From NCBI GenBank assembly GCA_950097015.1, contig CATNEN010000003.1, positions 10,850,001 to 10,914,000 on the forward strand: a stretch of DNA of 64,000 nucleotides, read 5' to 3'. Both the position numbers and the translations under genes were made by a program. Shown piece after piece: positions 50,001 through 63,311 of the stretch; the first letter of the stretch is position 1, and every line of letters begins with the position of its first letter. Below the pieces are notes generated by a model. It made no database searches and had not been told where the DNA came from. It saw only the letters and a list, made by a program, of their open reading frames with translations. Origin of the DNA: Macrostomum hystrix (taxonomy: Eukaryota > Animalia > Platyhelminthes).

Positions 50001-53000
50001 CAATCAAAATACAAAAAAAAACATTGTTGGTTGCAGCGCGAACTAACTCTCGTTGTGTGTGTGTGTGTGTAGGTGACAGCAGTGGCTTAACCATGTTTTG
50101 GGGGGCAATTAGCGACCTGGGCAGGGGTAAAATGAAATTCTTTTGCACCTGTTATGAGGGTATCTATGAACCAAGGAAGTTACCATGTTAAAAATTTACT
50201 GTTACTTTTAGTCCTAACTAACCAAAAGCTTTAGTTCTAAAGTTTGGAGAATAGAAACAAGACTGAGAAAGCATTGAATATGCTCGTCTCTCTCTTTCCT
50301 TTGTTCCTCTATTCTTCAAAGAGCAGATTTGCTTCTCACATAGAGAAGGCATAAATACTCAAGCTATTCACCAATCTCAATCTACTCAAATTTCCTAGAA
50401 TTACATTTTATTCCTTCCTTTAGTGGACTGTGAATCGACTTAGTGATGTAACTAGAGAATGCGACTTGGTTTGTTGAAAGTGCTGTAGTAGGATGCTGTA
50501 GTAGGTGCTGTAGTAGGATGCTGTAGTAGGATGCTGTAGTAGGATGCTGTAGTAGGTGCTGTAGTAGGATGCTGTAGTAGGTGCTGTAGTAGAATGCTGT
50601 AGTAGGATGCTGTAGTAGGTGCTGTAGTAGGTGCTGTAGTAGGATGCTGTAGTAGGATGCTGCTGTAGTAGCATGCTGTAGTAGAATGCTGTAGTAGAAT
50701 GCTGTAGTAGGATGCTGTAGTAGGATGCTGCTGTAGTAGGATGCTGTAGTAGGATGCTGCTGTAGTTGGATGCTGTAGTAGAATGCTGTAGTAGGATGCT
50801 GTAGTAGTATGCTGTAGTAGTATGCTGTAGTAGTATGCTGTAGTAGGATGCTGTAGTAGGTGCTGTAGAAGGATGCTGTAGTAGTATGCTGTAGTAGGAT
50901 GCTGCTGTAGTAGGATGCTGTAGTAGGATGCTGTAGTAGGATGCTGTAGTAGGATGCTGTAGTAGTAGGATGCTGTAGTAGGATGCTGTAGTAGGATGCT
51001 GCTGTAGTAGGATGCTGTAGTAGAATGCTGTAGTAGGATGCTGTAGTAGGATGCTGTAGTAGAATGCTGTAGTAGGATGCTGTAGTAGTATGCTGTAGTA
51101 GAATGCTGTAGTAGGATGCTGCTGTAGTAGGATGCTGTAGTAGGATGCTGTAGTAGGATGCTGTAGTAGGATGCTGTAGTAGGATGCTGTAGTAGTAGGA
51201 TGCTGTAGTAGGATGCTGTAGTAGGATGCTGTAGTAGGATGCTGTAGTAGGTGCTGTAGTAGGTGCTGTAGTAGGATGCTGTAGTAGGATGCTGCTGTAG
51301 TAGCATGCTGTAGTAGAATGCTGTAGTAGAATGCTGTAGTAGGATGCTGTAGTAGGATGCTGCTGTAGTAGGATGCTGTAGTAGGATGCTGCTGTAGTTG
51401 GATGCTGTAGTAGAATGCTGTAGTAGGATGCTGTAGTAGTATGCTGTAGTAGTATGCTGTAGTAGTATGCTGTAGTAGGATGCTGTAGTAGGTGCTGTAG
51501 AAGGATGCTGTAGTAGTATGCTGTAGTAGGATGCTGCTGTAGTAGGATGCTGTAGTAGGATGCTGTAGTAGGATGCTGTAGTAGGATGCTGTAGTAGTAG
51601 GATGCTGTAGTAGGATGCTGTAGTAGGATGCTGCTGTAGTAGGATGCTGTAGTAGAATGCTGTAGTAGGATGCTGTAGTAGGATGCTGTAGTAGAATGCT
51701 GTAGTAGGATGCTGTAGTAGTATGCTGTAGTAGAATGCTGTAGTAGGATGCTGCTGTAGTAGGATGCTGTAGTAGGATGCTGTAGTAGGATGCTGTAGTA
51801 GGATGCTGTAGTAGGATGCTGTAGTAGTAGGATGCTGTAGTAGGATGCTGTAGTAGGATGCTGCTGTAGTAGGATGCTGTAGTAGAATGCTGTAGTAGGA
51901 TGCTGTAGTAGTATGCTGTAGTAGGATGCTCTAGTAGGTGCTGTAGTAGTATGCTGTAGTAGGATGCTGTAGTAGGATGCTGTAGTAGTATGCTGTAGTA
52001 GGTGCTGTAGTAGTATGCTGTAGTAGGATGCTGTAGTAGGATGCTGTAGTAGGTGCTGTAGTAGGATGCTGTAGTAGGTGCTGTAGTAGGATGCTGTAGT
52101 AGGTGCTGTAGTAGGATGCTGTAGTAGGTGCTGTAGTAGGAATCCTTACTATTGTCACTCATCGAACTGTAGAACTAATTGCCTTCAGCTCTCAATATTT
52201 GCAGTCAGCTTAGTGACTAATGCGCCTCATTGTCAAACAGAAAATCCCAAGAAAGAAGATTTTTAATCACCTGCTTTTTCCACTCTCCCTCTCCCTTTCC
52301 ACTCAACTCTCTTTGTCCGCCTGCTTCAAGGCGGCCCTGATTATGCAATCAAGTCTGAACTGCAAGCCAAGGCTGTCCGTACATGGACACAACTTTAGAC
52401 GGGAAAATAGGAGAAAAAGACACGAGTCAAAAAATCGATCAGAAAAAAGGCACACCGAGCCTGGACTGAGGAAAAAAAGATTTCCTTTTGATGCCGGTAA
52501 TAAAGTCAGCGGTTAGCAATGCATGTAGTCTTTAATCTTTAACCTTTACTCTCTACTTATAGCCACTCCTTGGCTATGAAGGCAAAAAAAGCAAAATAAA
52601 AAAACGACATGCCAAAGAAGCCATGGAAGTTGCATTATTCTTTCTTTCAGCCTTCTTTAAATTGTCGGAAAAGTCACGAAAATTTTATAGAATTTGACCC
52701 GAATAAAAAACAAAAAGGTTGAGTTTGAAAAAATTCTAACTAAGCAAATCAAATTTAAACTAGTTCTTTTTCTCAGAAACCCTGTGTTTTAAACTTCAGA
52801 CTTCTGACTGAGTGGTCTCGAATCTTACCCAAATGGGAGATCATTTAAATAGACAATTGGTGAATAAACAGGTACCAGTATTTCAAATTGTACGAGAAAA
52901 AAATCTAGCTTTATCTTGTTTCGTTAAAACCACAAATTTGTTTTCTTAGAAACTCATGTGTGCTTTCTAAGAAAACATTAGTACCAGCGTAGATACGCTA

Positions 53001-56000
53001 TGAAACGTTTCTTTCCGTGGATAGCTTTCTTAGAAATCATTTAAATAAGCCCAACTTTTAAAAAACTGTTTTAAGATATTATCGTTTCTTAAGACATTAA
53101 AGACACAAATCTCTGGAATGGATTTCACTTTTGAAGAAATATACCCAGCATGATTTTACTCTCATACGCGAATCTATTTTAAGCGTAGTTACAATCCGAA
53201 CGAAATGGATTTCTAAGAAATCCACTCATTTGGGAGAATTTCTTAGAAATACGGTTGAAAACAACGATTCTCGCATGTCTTTTATCTGACGAGAGATGCC
53301 TTGACAAACCTTAAAAAGAAACCTGTGGATCAGATAATTAATACTGGATTACGTCACAGTCAGTAAGTCTGCTGAAGAGCGACGAACTCTCGAGCTCTCT
53401 TGCCAGTGAATGCCAATCGAACCGCAAATTATCTGAGAAATCAGGCTTGAGAAGCCCTCCGCCTGTAGATGCGAATCGTCGCCAGGGTTAATCAACTAAA
53501 TTTAGCTCAGGGCGACTAAATTACATGCTGTGTAGACTAACGAGAAATCTGCTACTGGGGGGCGATGCAATTTACTATTGCAATTTGTTTAACTGCTGTG
53601 TCGACAAAATTTGGCTGATTAAACTGTGAGTATGTATGTGCCGAACAGTCAAAACTAACAACAAGTATACACAGTTAGGTTTTATCTAGATTTCTGAGAA
53701 CCGAGTGATAGCGTCACTCTTAACCTTAGTCAATGGTGTTTCTTGGGAATCAAAGAAAACTTATCCAATTTAGAGGATTCTAAGAAAATTGATCCCAGAT
53801 AGAGTATTAATAAGAATGTAATTCCATTTTAGGAATTCAAGAAAATCGATCCCATTTGAAGATTTCTAAAAAAATTAATTTTCTCGAGGATTCCCATTTG
53901 CATGATTCGAAGAAAATGGATCTTGTTTAGAGGATTCTAAGGAGATGTATCCTGTTTAAGAGGATTCTAAGAAGTTTGATTCTAAGAAAATGGATCCTGT
54001 TTAGAGGATTCTAAGAAGATTGATTCTAAGAAAATGGATCCTGTTTAGAGGATTCTAAGAAGATTGATTCTAAGAAAATGGATCCTGTTTAGAGGATTCT
54101 AAGAAGATTGATTCTAAGAAAATGGATCCTGTTTAGAGGATTCTAAGAAGATTGATTCTAAGAAAATGGATCCTGTTTAGAGGATTCTAAGAAGATTGAT
54201 TCTAAGAAAATGGATCCTGTTTAGAGGATTCTAAGAAGATTGATTCTAAGAAAATGGATCCTGTTTAGAGGATTCTAAGAAAATTGATTCTAAGAAAACG
54301 GATCCTGTTTAAGAGGATTCTAAGAAGATTGATTCTAAGAAAACGGATCCTGTTTAAGAGGATTCTAAGAAGATTGATTCTAAGAAAATAGATCCTGTTT
54401 AGAGGATTCTAAGAAAATTGTTTCCAAGAAAATGGATCCTGTTTAAGAGGATTCTAAGAAGATTGATTCTAAGAAAATGGATCCTGTTTAGAGGATTCTA
54501 AGAATATTGATTCTAAGAAAATGGATCCTGTTTAGAGGATTCTAAGAAAATTGATTCTAAGAAAATGGATCCTGTTTAGAGGATTCTAAGAAATTCTAAG
54601 AAATTTGAACCATTTTATGAATCTAAGAAAGGATTATAGAAAGATAATGTAATTTGAAAGCTTCTAAGAAAATGTAACTTCTTTCTTTTCTCTAAAAAAG
54701 TTTCTAGAAAAATTAATGTGACATGAGTCAGACGAATGTAAGAAAGTAACTCCGGAATGCGCAACTGTTAGAAGCGATCTCAATGTTTAATCTATATCTA
54801 TCTAAGTTTTCTAGGACAAGTTTTTCCATTTTGAGAGGCCCGTTTAACTTAATGTCTTAACAGGCTTTTGAGAAAATGTTTCCTTTAGAAAACTTGTTTT
54901 CTTTCTTGTAAAGATTTCTACTGCTTATATACTTGTTTCCAAATAAGGCACTAGAAAGTAGCAAAACATGTAACTCACTACTTTCAGTAGTGACAGCGGG
55001 GCCGCACACGCCAGTTCTGTCGGGCAGGCAAAGCGCCAGTCTGTAGGCTAGCGTTGCCAGGTCTAGACCTGTGAGGCGACCTTCAGGTGGAGTCTGGCAG
55101 GCCGCCTGTTGCAGTTGCACTTGACGCCACTGACGTCCGCTGGTATCAGAACCTGCGGATGCCTGCTGCTGCTGCTGCTGCGATCTCAAAGTCGCCGCTT
55201 CAACTCTGAGACAATAGCCAGACGGCCAAGCGTCCAAAAGTAGAGTGGTTGTCGAGCCACCATCGCGTCGAAGTCCGGTCACGGTTGGCATGGGCAAGGC
55301 TGGCGTTGTGAATCGCAGCTGTTCAGAGTTGGGTCCCGAGCCCAGCTGATTAACGGCAAACACCGTCAGGGTGTAGTTTGTGCCAGGAAACAAACCAGTC
55401 AAGTTTGCACCGGCTGTCAATCGATCATTGCCAATTCGAATCGGTTCGTCAAGGTTGCGACCTTCTGGCGGCGGTTGACAACGCAGCCACTGGACAACTG
55501 GGAGACCGCCGTCGAATCCCGGTCGCCATGACAACGAGACGCGATCCCAAGCTGGCGGAGATGCCAATCGGAGATCTGTCGGCGGATCCGGTGGTCCTCG
55601 AGACACGACATCGTAGCTGTGCCTGGCTTCTCCTAGAGCGTTCCTGGCGACGCAGGTGAACCGGCCGAGAGAGCGAACACCGAACAGTGTGGCTCTGTGC
55701 TTGTACGACACCAGAGTGTCCTGACTGACGTTGCTAATGTAACTGTTGGAGCCAACCTCCCAGGTGACTTTGGGCTTTGGCTGGGCCAGGATCAGGCATT
55801 CCAAACTGGTGTCGGCTGCTGCCGGATCGAGTGCCAGTTTAGAGACGCTTGTCTGAATGATTGGCGCGACTGAAATCCAAAAGTTATGCGTCACTTACTA
55901 GGTACATTATATAGAATAGAAAAATAGAAGCACAACAGACAAAGATAATCTCCTTACATTCGACTACTAAGTTGGAGATTCTTGAGATTTTTCCGTGCTT

Positions 56001-59000
56001 ATTCTGCGCGATACAACTGTAGGCTCCGTTGTCCTCGGCTCTCAGTGTGTCTCGGCTTGGACCGCTGAATCTTAGTGTGCTTCTGGTGACAAAGCTGCGG
56101 ATTTTGAATGCGTAAAAATAACCCCTCTTATTATCAGAGCCTTGGGTGGGGTTTTGCCTGTCTGATCGAGGCCCGCGACACCCTTCTAGCTTTAATAAGA
56201 GCCCTAGAGTGGGGTTGTGCCTGTCTGATCGAGGCCCGCGACACCCTTCTAGCTTTAATAAGAGCCCTAGAGTGGGGTTGTGCCTGTCTGATCGAGGCCC
56301 GCGACACCCTTCTAGCTTTAATTAGAGCCCTAGAGTGGGGTTGTGCCTGTCTGATCGAGGCCCGCGACACCCTTCTAACACTAATTTGAGCCCTTGGGTG
56401 GGTTTGTGCCTTTCTGATCGAGGCCCGCGACACCCTTCTAACTTTAATTGGAACCCTTGGGTGGGGTTGTGACTGTCTGATCGAGGCCCACGACACCTTT
56501 TTCCTTTATTTAAGCCATGCAGTCGAAAAAAATCTCTGTAATCTCACCGTATCGGGTCAAACTCCAAGCTAACGCTATACACCCCGGGGTCGAGCTCGCG
56601 ACCGTCCCGACTCCAGGTCAATTCGCAGGTCGGCCTGCCGCGAACTGCGCATATCAAAGAGAAACTGCCGCTCTCGCCGCCGCCTCCGACACTTGTCGTA
56701 GTCGTCGATGTATCGCCGTCGCCGGCGTTGTCCAACCAACGCGGCGGCTGTTCCACAGTCAGGCTGACACTGGCGGCGGGTCCGCGCCCCGCTGAATTCT
56801 CCGGCGAGCAGGAATACTCGCCGCTGTCATCCAGACTAGCCGAAGCTATTGTCAGAGACGATCCTGTTGAAGTCCTAGAAGTGGCGCTGCGAATCGACCA
56901 AGTGAACTGCGGCTCTGGAACTCCAGGGCTCAGCAGGCTGGGTCGGCATTCCAGCATCACCCGACTACCAGCCTGCGTCACCGTGGCACCGGACGTCACT
57001 GCTATGACTGGCATACCTGGCGGATACTGCACAATCACCTGAACAACTGCGGAGCCCCGACCTGTCTGTGACGTCGAGCCGCCGCTGGGCGTCATCAGGT
57101 TCTGAGCTTCGCAAGTCCACGCGCCTGCGTCTGTGCGAGCAGCCGATGGTATCGACAGGCGACTCGCGTTGCCTAGGAGACGGCCTTGACGCGTGTTTAA
57201 AAAATATTATTGCGATGTTGTTAACTCGATTAGCGCAAAAGATTGAAAATTTCAGGATGATCCTTCAGGGTTCAGGATGATCCCTCAGGGTTCAGGATGA
57301 TCCTTCAGGGTTCAGGATGATCCCTCAGGGTTCAGGATGATCCTTCAGGGTTCAGGATGATCCTTCAGGGTTCAGGATGATCCCTCAGGGTTCAGGATGA
57401 TCCCTCAGGGTTCAGGATGATCCCTCAGGGTTCAGGATGATCCCTCAGGGTTCAGGATGATCCTTCATTGTTTACGATGTTCCTTCAGGGTTTGGGATGA
57501 TCCTTCAGGGTTCGGGATGGTTCCAGAACACGGACAAAACTTTTTGACTCTATCCAATGAAACAACTTAAAGAATTGCAAAACATCGTCATTGTCTAGAT
57601 ATTTAACAATTCTTGTCCCGGTGTCTGTTGGCAAAAACCAAAAATAAATGCATAATTTTGCTGCTAAGAAAATTTCATAATGTAACCATGCCGGCTACTG
57701 TTATTTATTTCATTTTTTAACCGATACAGATCAATGTCTGTTGTCCTTGTCACGAGGGTCTTCGACAAGAATTGCTGAAAATCTCGACGTTGATGACTTT
57801 GGAAGTTAGTTAATCGTATAGGGCGGAACATTTTGATTCGGTAGGCAGTGGTCTTTCCTCAGGGGAAAAATATTCCTCAGCGGTCTTTCCTCAGGGGAAA
57901 AATATTCCTCAGCGGTCTTTCCTCAGGGGAAAAATAATCCTCAGTGGTCTTTCCTCAGGGGAAAAATAATCCTCAGCGGTCTTTCCTCAGGGGAAAAATA
58001 TTCCTCAGCGGTCTTTCCTCAGGGGAAAAATATTCCTCAGCGGTCTTTCCTCAGGGGAAAAATAATCCTCCGTGGTCTTTCCTCAGGGGAAAAATAATCC
58101 TCAGCGGTCTTTCCTCAGGGGAAAAATATTCCTCAGCGGTCTTTCCTCAGGGGAAGAATATTCCTCAGCGGTCTTTCCTCAGGGGAAAAATATTCCTCAG
58201 CGGTCTTTCCTCAGGGGAAAAATATTCCTCAGCGGTCTTTCCTCAGGGGAAAAATAATCCTCAGCGGTCTTTCCTCAGGGGAAAAATATTCCTCAGCGGT
58301 CTTTCCTCAGGGGAAAAATATTCCTCAGCGGTCTTTCCTCAGGGGAAGAATATTCCTCAGCGGTCTTTCTTCAGGGGAAGAATATTCCTCAGCGGTCTTT
58401 CCTCAGGGGAAAAATATTCCTCAGCGGTCTTTCTACTGTTGAAAGTGTAGAATTGATCCATAATAGAGCTGTGGGGTACCAGAAGGACACACATTCAAGT
58501 ATCATACCACTGCTGGGATGTCGCCAATTGACACCGTAGGGCGGTGGCTCTGAAGTCACCGAACATTCCGCCTGCAGACTGTCGCCTTCGCGTACAGTGA
58601 CCGAACCCGGTGCGTCAACCGCCGGAGGAAACAGCACCGTCAACCTGAAGGTGCTTCGTGCCGAGCTGATTGTGTTCACAGCCAGACAGGTGAATGTGCC
58701 GTCATGGGCGCGTGACACCGAGGAAATTGTGTACAGCAGGGTTGGCTGCGGAGTTTCTGTCATGATGGTGAGTGGGAGAGGTGACAAAATGTGTCCCCAT
58801 TCAAAGATTCTAATTGTTCATAAATTCTAATTCTTCGCATATTCTTCCCACTCACAAATTCTCCCCATTTACAAATTCTCCACATTCACAAAATCTCCCC
58901 ATTCACAAATTCTTCCCATTCACAAATTTTCCCGATTCACAAATTCTCCCCATTCACAAATTCTCCCCATTCACAAATTCTCCCTATTCACAAATTCTCC

Positions 59001-61496
59001 CCATTCACAAATTCTCCCCATTCACAAATTCTCCCCATTCACAAGTTCTCCCTATTCACAAATTCTCCCCATTCACAAATTCTCCCCATTCACAAATTCT
59101 CCCCATTCACAAATTCTCCCCATTCACAAATTCTCCCCCTTTACAAAATCTCCCCATTCACAAATTCTCCCCATTCACAAAATCTCCCCACTCACAAAAT
59201 CTCCACATTCACAAATTCTCCCCATTCACGAATTCTCCCTATTCACAAATTCTCCCCACTCACGAATTCTCCCCATTCACGAATTCTCCCCATTCACGAA
59301 TTCTCCCTATTCACAAATTCTCCCCATTCACGAATTCTCCCCATTCACAAATTCTCCCCACTCACAAATTCTCCCCATTCACAAAATCTCTCCCCACTCA
59401 CAAATTCTCCCCATTCACAAATTCTCCCCCTTCACAAATTCTCCCCATTCACAAATTCTCCTACTTCACTGATTCTTCCCATTCCCTTTCCCAAGCTAAT
59501 TTATTGACTTTTTATTCTCTTCTTAAAGATCGTAGTAAAAAATCATAAAACTCGATGCAAACTACTCGTGAAATAAATGTAGTAGTGTCACACAAAATGT
59601 TTAAGAAAAAAAAGAATATTCTAATATTGCTGACCAGCCACTGAGACATTATCCTTCAGCAGAGTCAGCGTGGCCGGAGGGTTTGACGCGGCTGTGCAGT
59701 TGATTGTCAATGAGCTGCCCACAATGGCTCTCTGTGAATCCACTTGGACAAGCTTGGGTGCGTCTGCGAGGATGAAATAGTGGGATGAATAATAAAAAGT
59801 TGTTCTATAAATTATCAAATAAATAGAAAAATCACACCCTAAATGCCGTCAAATCCCACACCATCAAAATCTTGAAATCCCACACCGTCAAAATCTTGAA
59901 ATCCCACACCGTCAAAATCTTGAAATCCCACACCTTCAAAATCCTAAAATCCCACACCTTTTAAAATCTTGAAATCCCACACCGTCAAAATCTTGAAATC
60001 CCACACCTTTCAAAATCTTGACATCCCACACCTTAAAAATCTTAAAATCCCACACCTTTTAAAATCTTAAAATCCCACACCTTTTAAAATCTTGAAATCC
60101 CACACCGTCAAAATCTTGAAATCCCACACCTTTCAAAATCTTGACATCCCACACCTTTTAAAATCTTGAAATCCCACACCGTCAAAATCTTGAAATCCCA
60201 CACCTTTCAAAATCTTGACATCCCACACCTTAAAAATCTTAAAATCCCACACCTTTTAAAATCTTGAAATCCCACACCTTTTAAAATCTTGAAATCCCAC
60301 ACCTTTTAAAATCTTGAAATCCCACACCTTTCAAAATATTGACATCCCACACCTTAAAAATCTTAAAATCCCACACCTTTTAAAATCTTGAAATCCCACA
60401 CCTTTTAAAATCTTGAAATCCCACACCTTTTAAAATCTTGAAATCCCACACCTTTTAAAATCTTGACATCCCACACCTTAAAAATCTTAAAATCCCACAA
60501 CTTTTAAAATCTCGAAATCCCACACCTTTTAAAATCTTGAAATCCCACACTTTTTAAAATCTTAAAATCCCACACCTGAAAAATCTTAAAATCCCACACC
60601 TTCAAAATCTTAAAATCCCACACCTTTTAAAATCTTGAAATCCCATACTTTTTAAAATCTTAAAATCCCACACCTTTTAAAATCTCGAAATCCCACACCT
60701 TTTAAAATCTTGAAATCCCACACCGTCAAAAATCTTGAAATCCCACACCTTTTAAATCATAAAATCCCACACCTTCGAAATCGTCAAATCCCACACCTTT
60801 TAAAATCTAGAATCCCACACCTTTTAAAATCTTTAAATCCCACACCTTAAAAATCTTTAAATCCCACACCTTAAAAATCTTTAAATCCCACACCTTCAAA
60901 ATCTTGAAATCCCACACCTTTTAAAATCTTGAAATCCCACACCTTTCAAAATATTGACATCCCACACCTTAAAAATCTTAAAATCCCACACCTTTTAAAA
61001 TCTTGAAATCCCACACCTTTTAAAATCTAGAATCCCACACCTTTTAAAATCTTTAAATCCCACACCTTAAAAATCTTTAAATCCCACACCTTAAAAATCT
61101 TTAAATCCCACATCTTCAAAATCGTCGAATCCCACACCTCAGAGTCGCCAAATCCCATGGAGAACTCACACAGAACTTTGAGCACAAGCTCATCGCTGGT
61201 GTCATTGCCCAATTCGTGCAGTGTCTGACACACAATGCCTGCCAGATTGTCAATCGATGTCAACAATAACGACGCGGAAGCCATTGTGCTGCCGAACTTC
61301 CCAACCGATGGGCGCCAGTTGAGCACAGCTGACATTGTGCTGAGATGTGAATATGCAGTCTGACCGGGACTCCGGACTAGCCACCTGATTTGAGGTGCCG
61401 GGTTGCCACCCGTGGATCTGCAGGTGACGCTTAATCTGTTGCCTTCAATCACCGTGTCAGAGACATCTGGCGTCAAAGACGGTCGTCCAGGCATGG
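41091..61496 (-). CDS. Echinoid/nephrin-like Ig-superfamily adhesion receptor (>=5 Ig, FN3, TM, PDZ-binding tail), 5' end outside window. Exons 61496-61170, 59763-59635, 58756-58508, 57172-56548, 56094-55958, 55869-54979, 47991-47772, 44923-44742, 41173-41091
   Basis: All junctions are GT-AG and in phase. Ig motifs C..S.GGNP.P.I.W and D.G.Y.C.A.N; FN3 W.PGFDGG...L.PGTNY...V.AVN.LG; TM IILVAAFCALLIICLVAILVFF; C-terminus RKVIYEVVV*. Confidence 0.85.
42424..42698. mobile_element. hAT-type MITE nested in the Helitron, with internal ~21-bp tandem repeat
   Basis: TIRs CAGTGGCAGAT / ATCTGCCTCTG; perfect 8-bp TSD TATACAGT (42416-23, 42699-706); units GGGCGCCAGCGGC(C/T)GAAAAA. Confidence 0.88.
42851..43820 (-). 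pseudogene. Helitron PIF1-like helicase C-terminal fragment (no Rep domain, no Walker A)
   Basis: GG..LLLSGDFRQTLPVIP, NACLKSS.LW, RAILCPRN, GAPIMLLRNL...LCNGT, QFPVRVCFAMTINKAQGQSL, FSHGQLYVACSRV, TKNVVY. Confidence 0.88.
44955..47718. repeat. 17/18-bp minisatellite (GAGTATGGGATCTGGTT[T]), ~2.8 kb
   Basis: More than 150 units filling almost the entire intron. Confidence 0.97.
48020..48270. repeat. ~19-bp minisatellite (CTACTCAATCTGATTAT-like)
   Basis: About 13 units. Confidence 0.85.
49015..49568. repeat. Pyrimidine-rich repeat (CTCTTCTCACTCTCTCCC)
   Basis: About 28 variable-length units. Confidence 0.92.
50480..52140. repeat. 13-bp minisatellite (GCTGTAGTAGGAT) with a 632-bp higher-order duplication
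   Basis: More than 120 units; explains ORF 50420-52162. Confidence 0.97.
53910..54600. repeat. 44-bp minisatellite (GGATTCTAAGAAGATTGATTCTAAGAAAATGGATCCTGTTTAGA)
   Basis: About 15 units with degenerate TTCTAAGAA flanks on both sides. Confidence 0.95.
56137..56498. repeat. 63-bp minisatellite
   Basis: About 5.7 units containing TGTCTGATCGAGGCCCGCGACACCCTTCTA. Confidence 0.93.
57252..57520. repeat. 20-bp minisatellite (TTCAGGATGATCCCTCAGGG)
   Basis: About 13 units. Confidence 0.95.
57522..57830. mobile_element. Old foldback/MITE-like dispersed repeat; homologous arms at ~2505-2700, ~9012-9200, ~13612-13765, ~17715-17790
   Basis: Shared motif AACTTCCAGAAT..AAA.CATCGGCATTGTCGAGATATTCAACGATTCT. 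Here present on + (57522-57640) and on - (57735-57810). Confidence 0.6.
57846..58433. repeat. 32-bp minisatellite (CAGCGGTCTTTCCTCAGGGGAAAAATATTCCT)
   Basis: About 18 units. Confidence 0.96.
58845..59460. repeat. 17-bp minisatellite (TTCTCCCCATTCACAAA)
   Basis: About 36 units. Confidence 0.95.
59851..61139. repeat. 24-25-bp minisatellite (AAATCCCACACCTTTTAAAATCTTG)
   Basis: About 52 units filling the intron. Confidence 0.96.
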
Positions 61497-61599
61497 CTGA
61501 AATTGCAGATTGGTTTGATAGAAATTTATAAAAAATAATTTAATCCACATTTATATCATTTTCAACCGACTTTTCTCCCTTTTTCCCACTTTTTCGAAA

Positions 61600-62728
61600 C
61601 CATTCTTATCCCATCCAAGCCATTCTTATCCCATCCGAACCATTCTTATCCCATCCAAACCATTCTTATCCCATCCGAACCATTCTTATCCCATCCGAAC
61701 CATTCTTATCCCATCCAAACCATTCTTATCCCATCCAAACCATTCTTATCCCATCCGAACCATTCTTATCCCATCCGAACCATTCTTATCCCATCCGAAC
61801 CATTCTTATCCCATCCGAACCATTCTTATCCCATCCGAACCATTCTTATCCCATCCGAACCATTCTTATCCCATCCGAACCATTCTTATCCCATCCGAAC
61901 CATTCTTATCCCATCCGAACCATTCTTATCCCATCCGAACCATTCTTATCCCATCCGAACCATTCTTATCCCATCCGAACCATTCTTATCCCATCCGAAC
62001 CATTCTTATCCCATCCAAACCATTCTTATCCCATCCGAACCATTCTTATCCCATCCGAACCATTCTTATCCCATCCGAACCATTCTTATCCCTTCCGAAC
62101 CATTCTTATCCCATCCAAGCCATTCTTATCCCTTCCGAACCATTCTTATCCCATCCAAGCCATTCTTATCCCATCCTAACCATTCCTATCCCATCCAAAC
62201 CATTCTTATCCCATCCGAACCATTCTTATCCCATCCGAACCATTCTTATCCCATCCAAACCATTCTTATCCCATCCAAACCATTCTTATCCCATCCGAAC
62301 CATTCTTATCCCATCCGAACCATTCTTATCCCATCCGAACCATTCTTATCCCATCCGAACCATTCTTATCCCATCCGAACCATTCTTATCCCATCCGAAC
62401 CATTCTTATCCCATCCGAACCATTCTTATCCCATCCGAACCATTCTTATCCCATCCAAACCATTCTTATCCCATCCGAACCATTCTTATCACATCCGAAC
62501 CATTCTTATCCCATCCGAACCATTCTTATCCCATCCAAACCATTCTTATCCCATCCAAACCATTTTTATCACATCCGAACCATTCTTATCCCATCCGAAC
62601 CATTCTTATCCCATCCGAACCATTCTTATCCCATCCGAACCATTCTTATCCCATCCTAACCATTCTTATCCCATCCGAACCATTCTTATCACATCCGAAC
62701 CATTCTTATCCCATCCAAACCATTCTTA
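61600..62728. repeat. 20-bp minisatellite (CCATTCTTATCCCATCCGAA)
   Basis: About 56 units. Confidence 0.97.
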
Positions 62729-63311
62729 AGCCCATGGACTGAACAGCCAGAGCAGGGCTAGCTGCGTTAACAATATCTGCTTTCTGAAGGATTTGCTCAG
62801 TTCTGCTTGGAGTTTTGCCTCAATTAATTTGTGCTCTGCTGTGACCAAGTAAAAGAAAGAGAATGCATTATTTTGTCCTTAGTGTCTATTGCTAGGCAAA
62901 ATAGCCCCTCTCACTTATTCTCTTTTGTAGCTGCTCAAAGCTTGAGAAACACGAGTCTGAAGATTATTTACACGCGTTTCTGGCGTTCTCAGAATATCTT
63001 AACTTCGCATTTCACTTCAATAAAATTCTTTATAAGTGATGTGGCCCAGCTGATCTGTCACTTATATTGAATGACACAGGCCGTGTTGGTCAGTCAGAAA
63101 CACATTTGAGTTGAGTTGTGCTCAACTTGAGACTAATTTTATATCAATTCACGATATGAGCAACCATTCTTAAATTGCGTTGTTAAGTAATTCAATTCCT
63201 CTTTATTAATGCAAAATTACCATGTAATAGCGTGGAATCTGTGATAAATAAGATTCATTGAAATGTGCTTCAATTTTCCTTTTTTCTGTGCATGATAATC
63301 TTAATCGATCC

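Noticed and set aside
62730-63300. Upstream exon of the Ig receptor gene
   Set aside because: I found no Ig-like reading frame with compatible splice sites; the 5' exons probably lie beyond the window.
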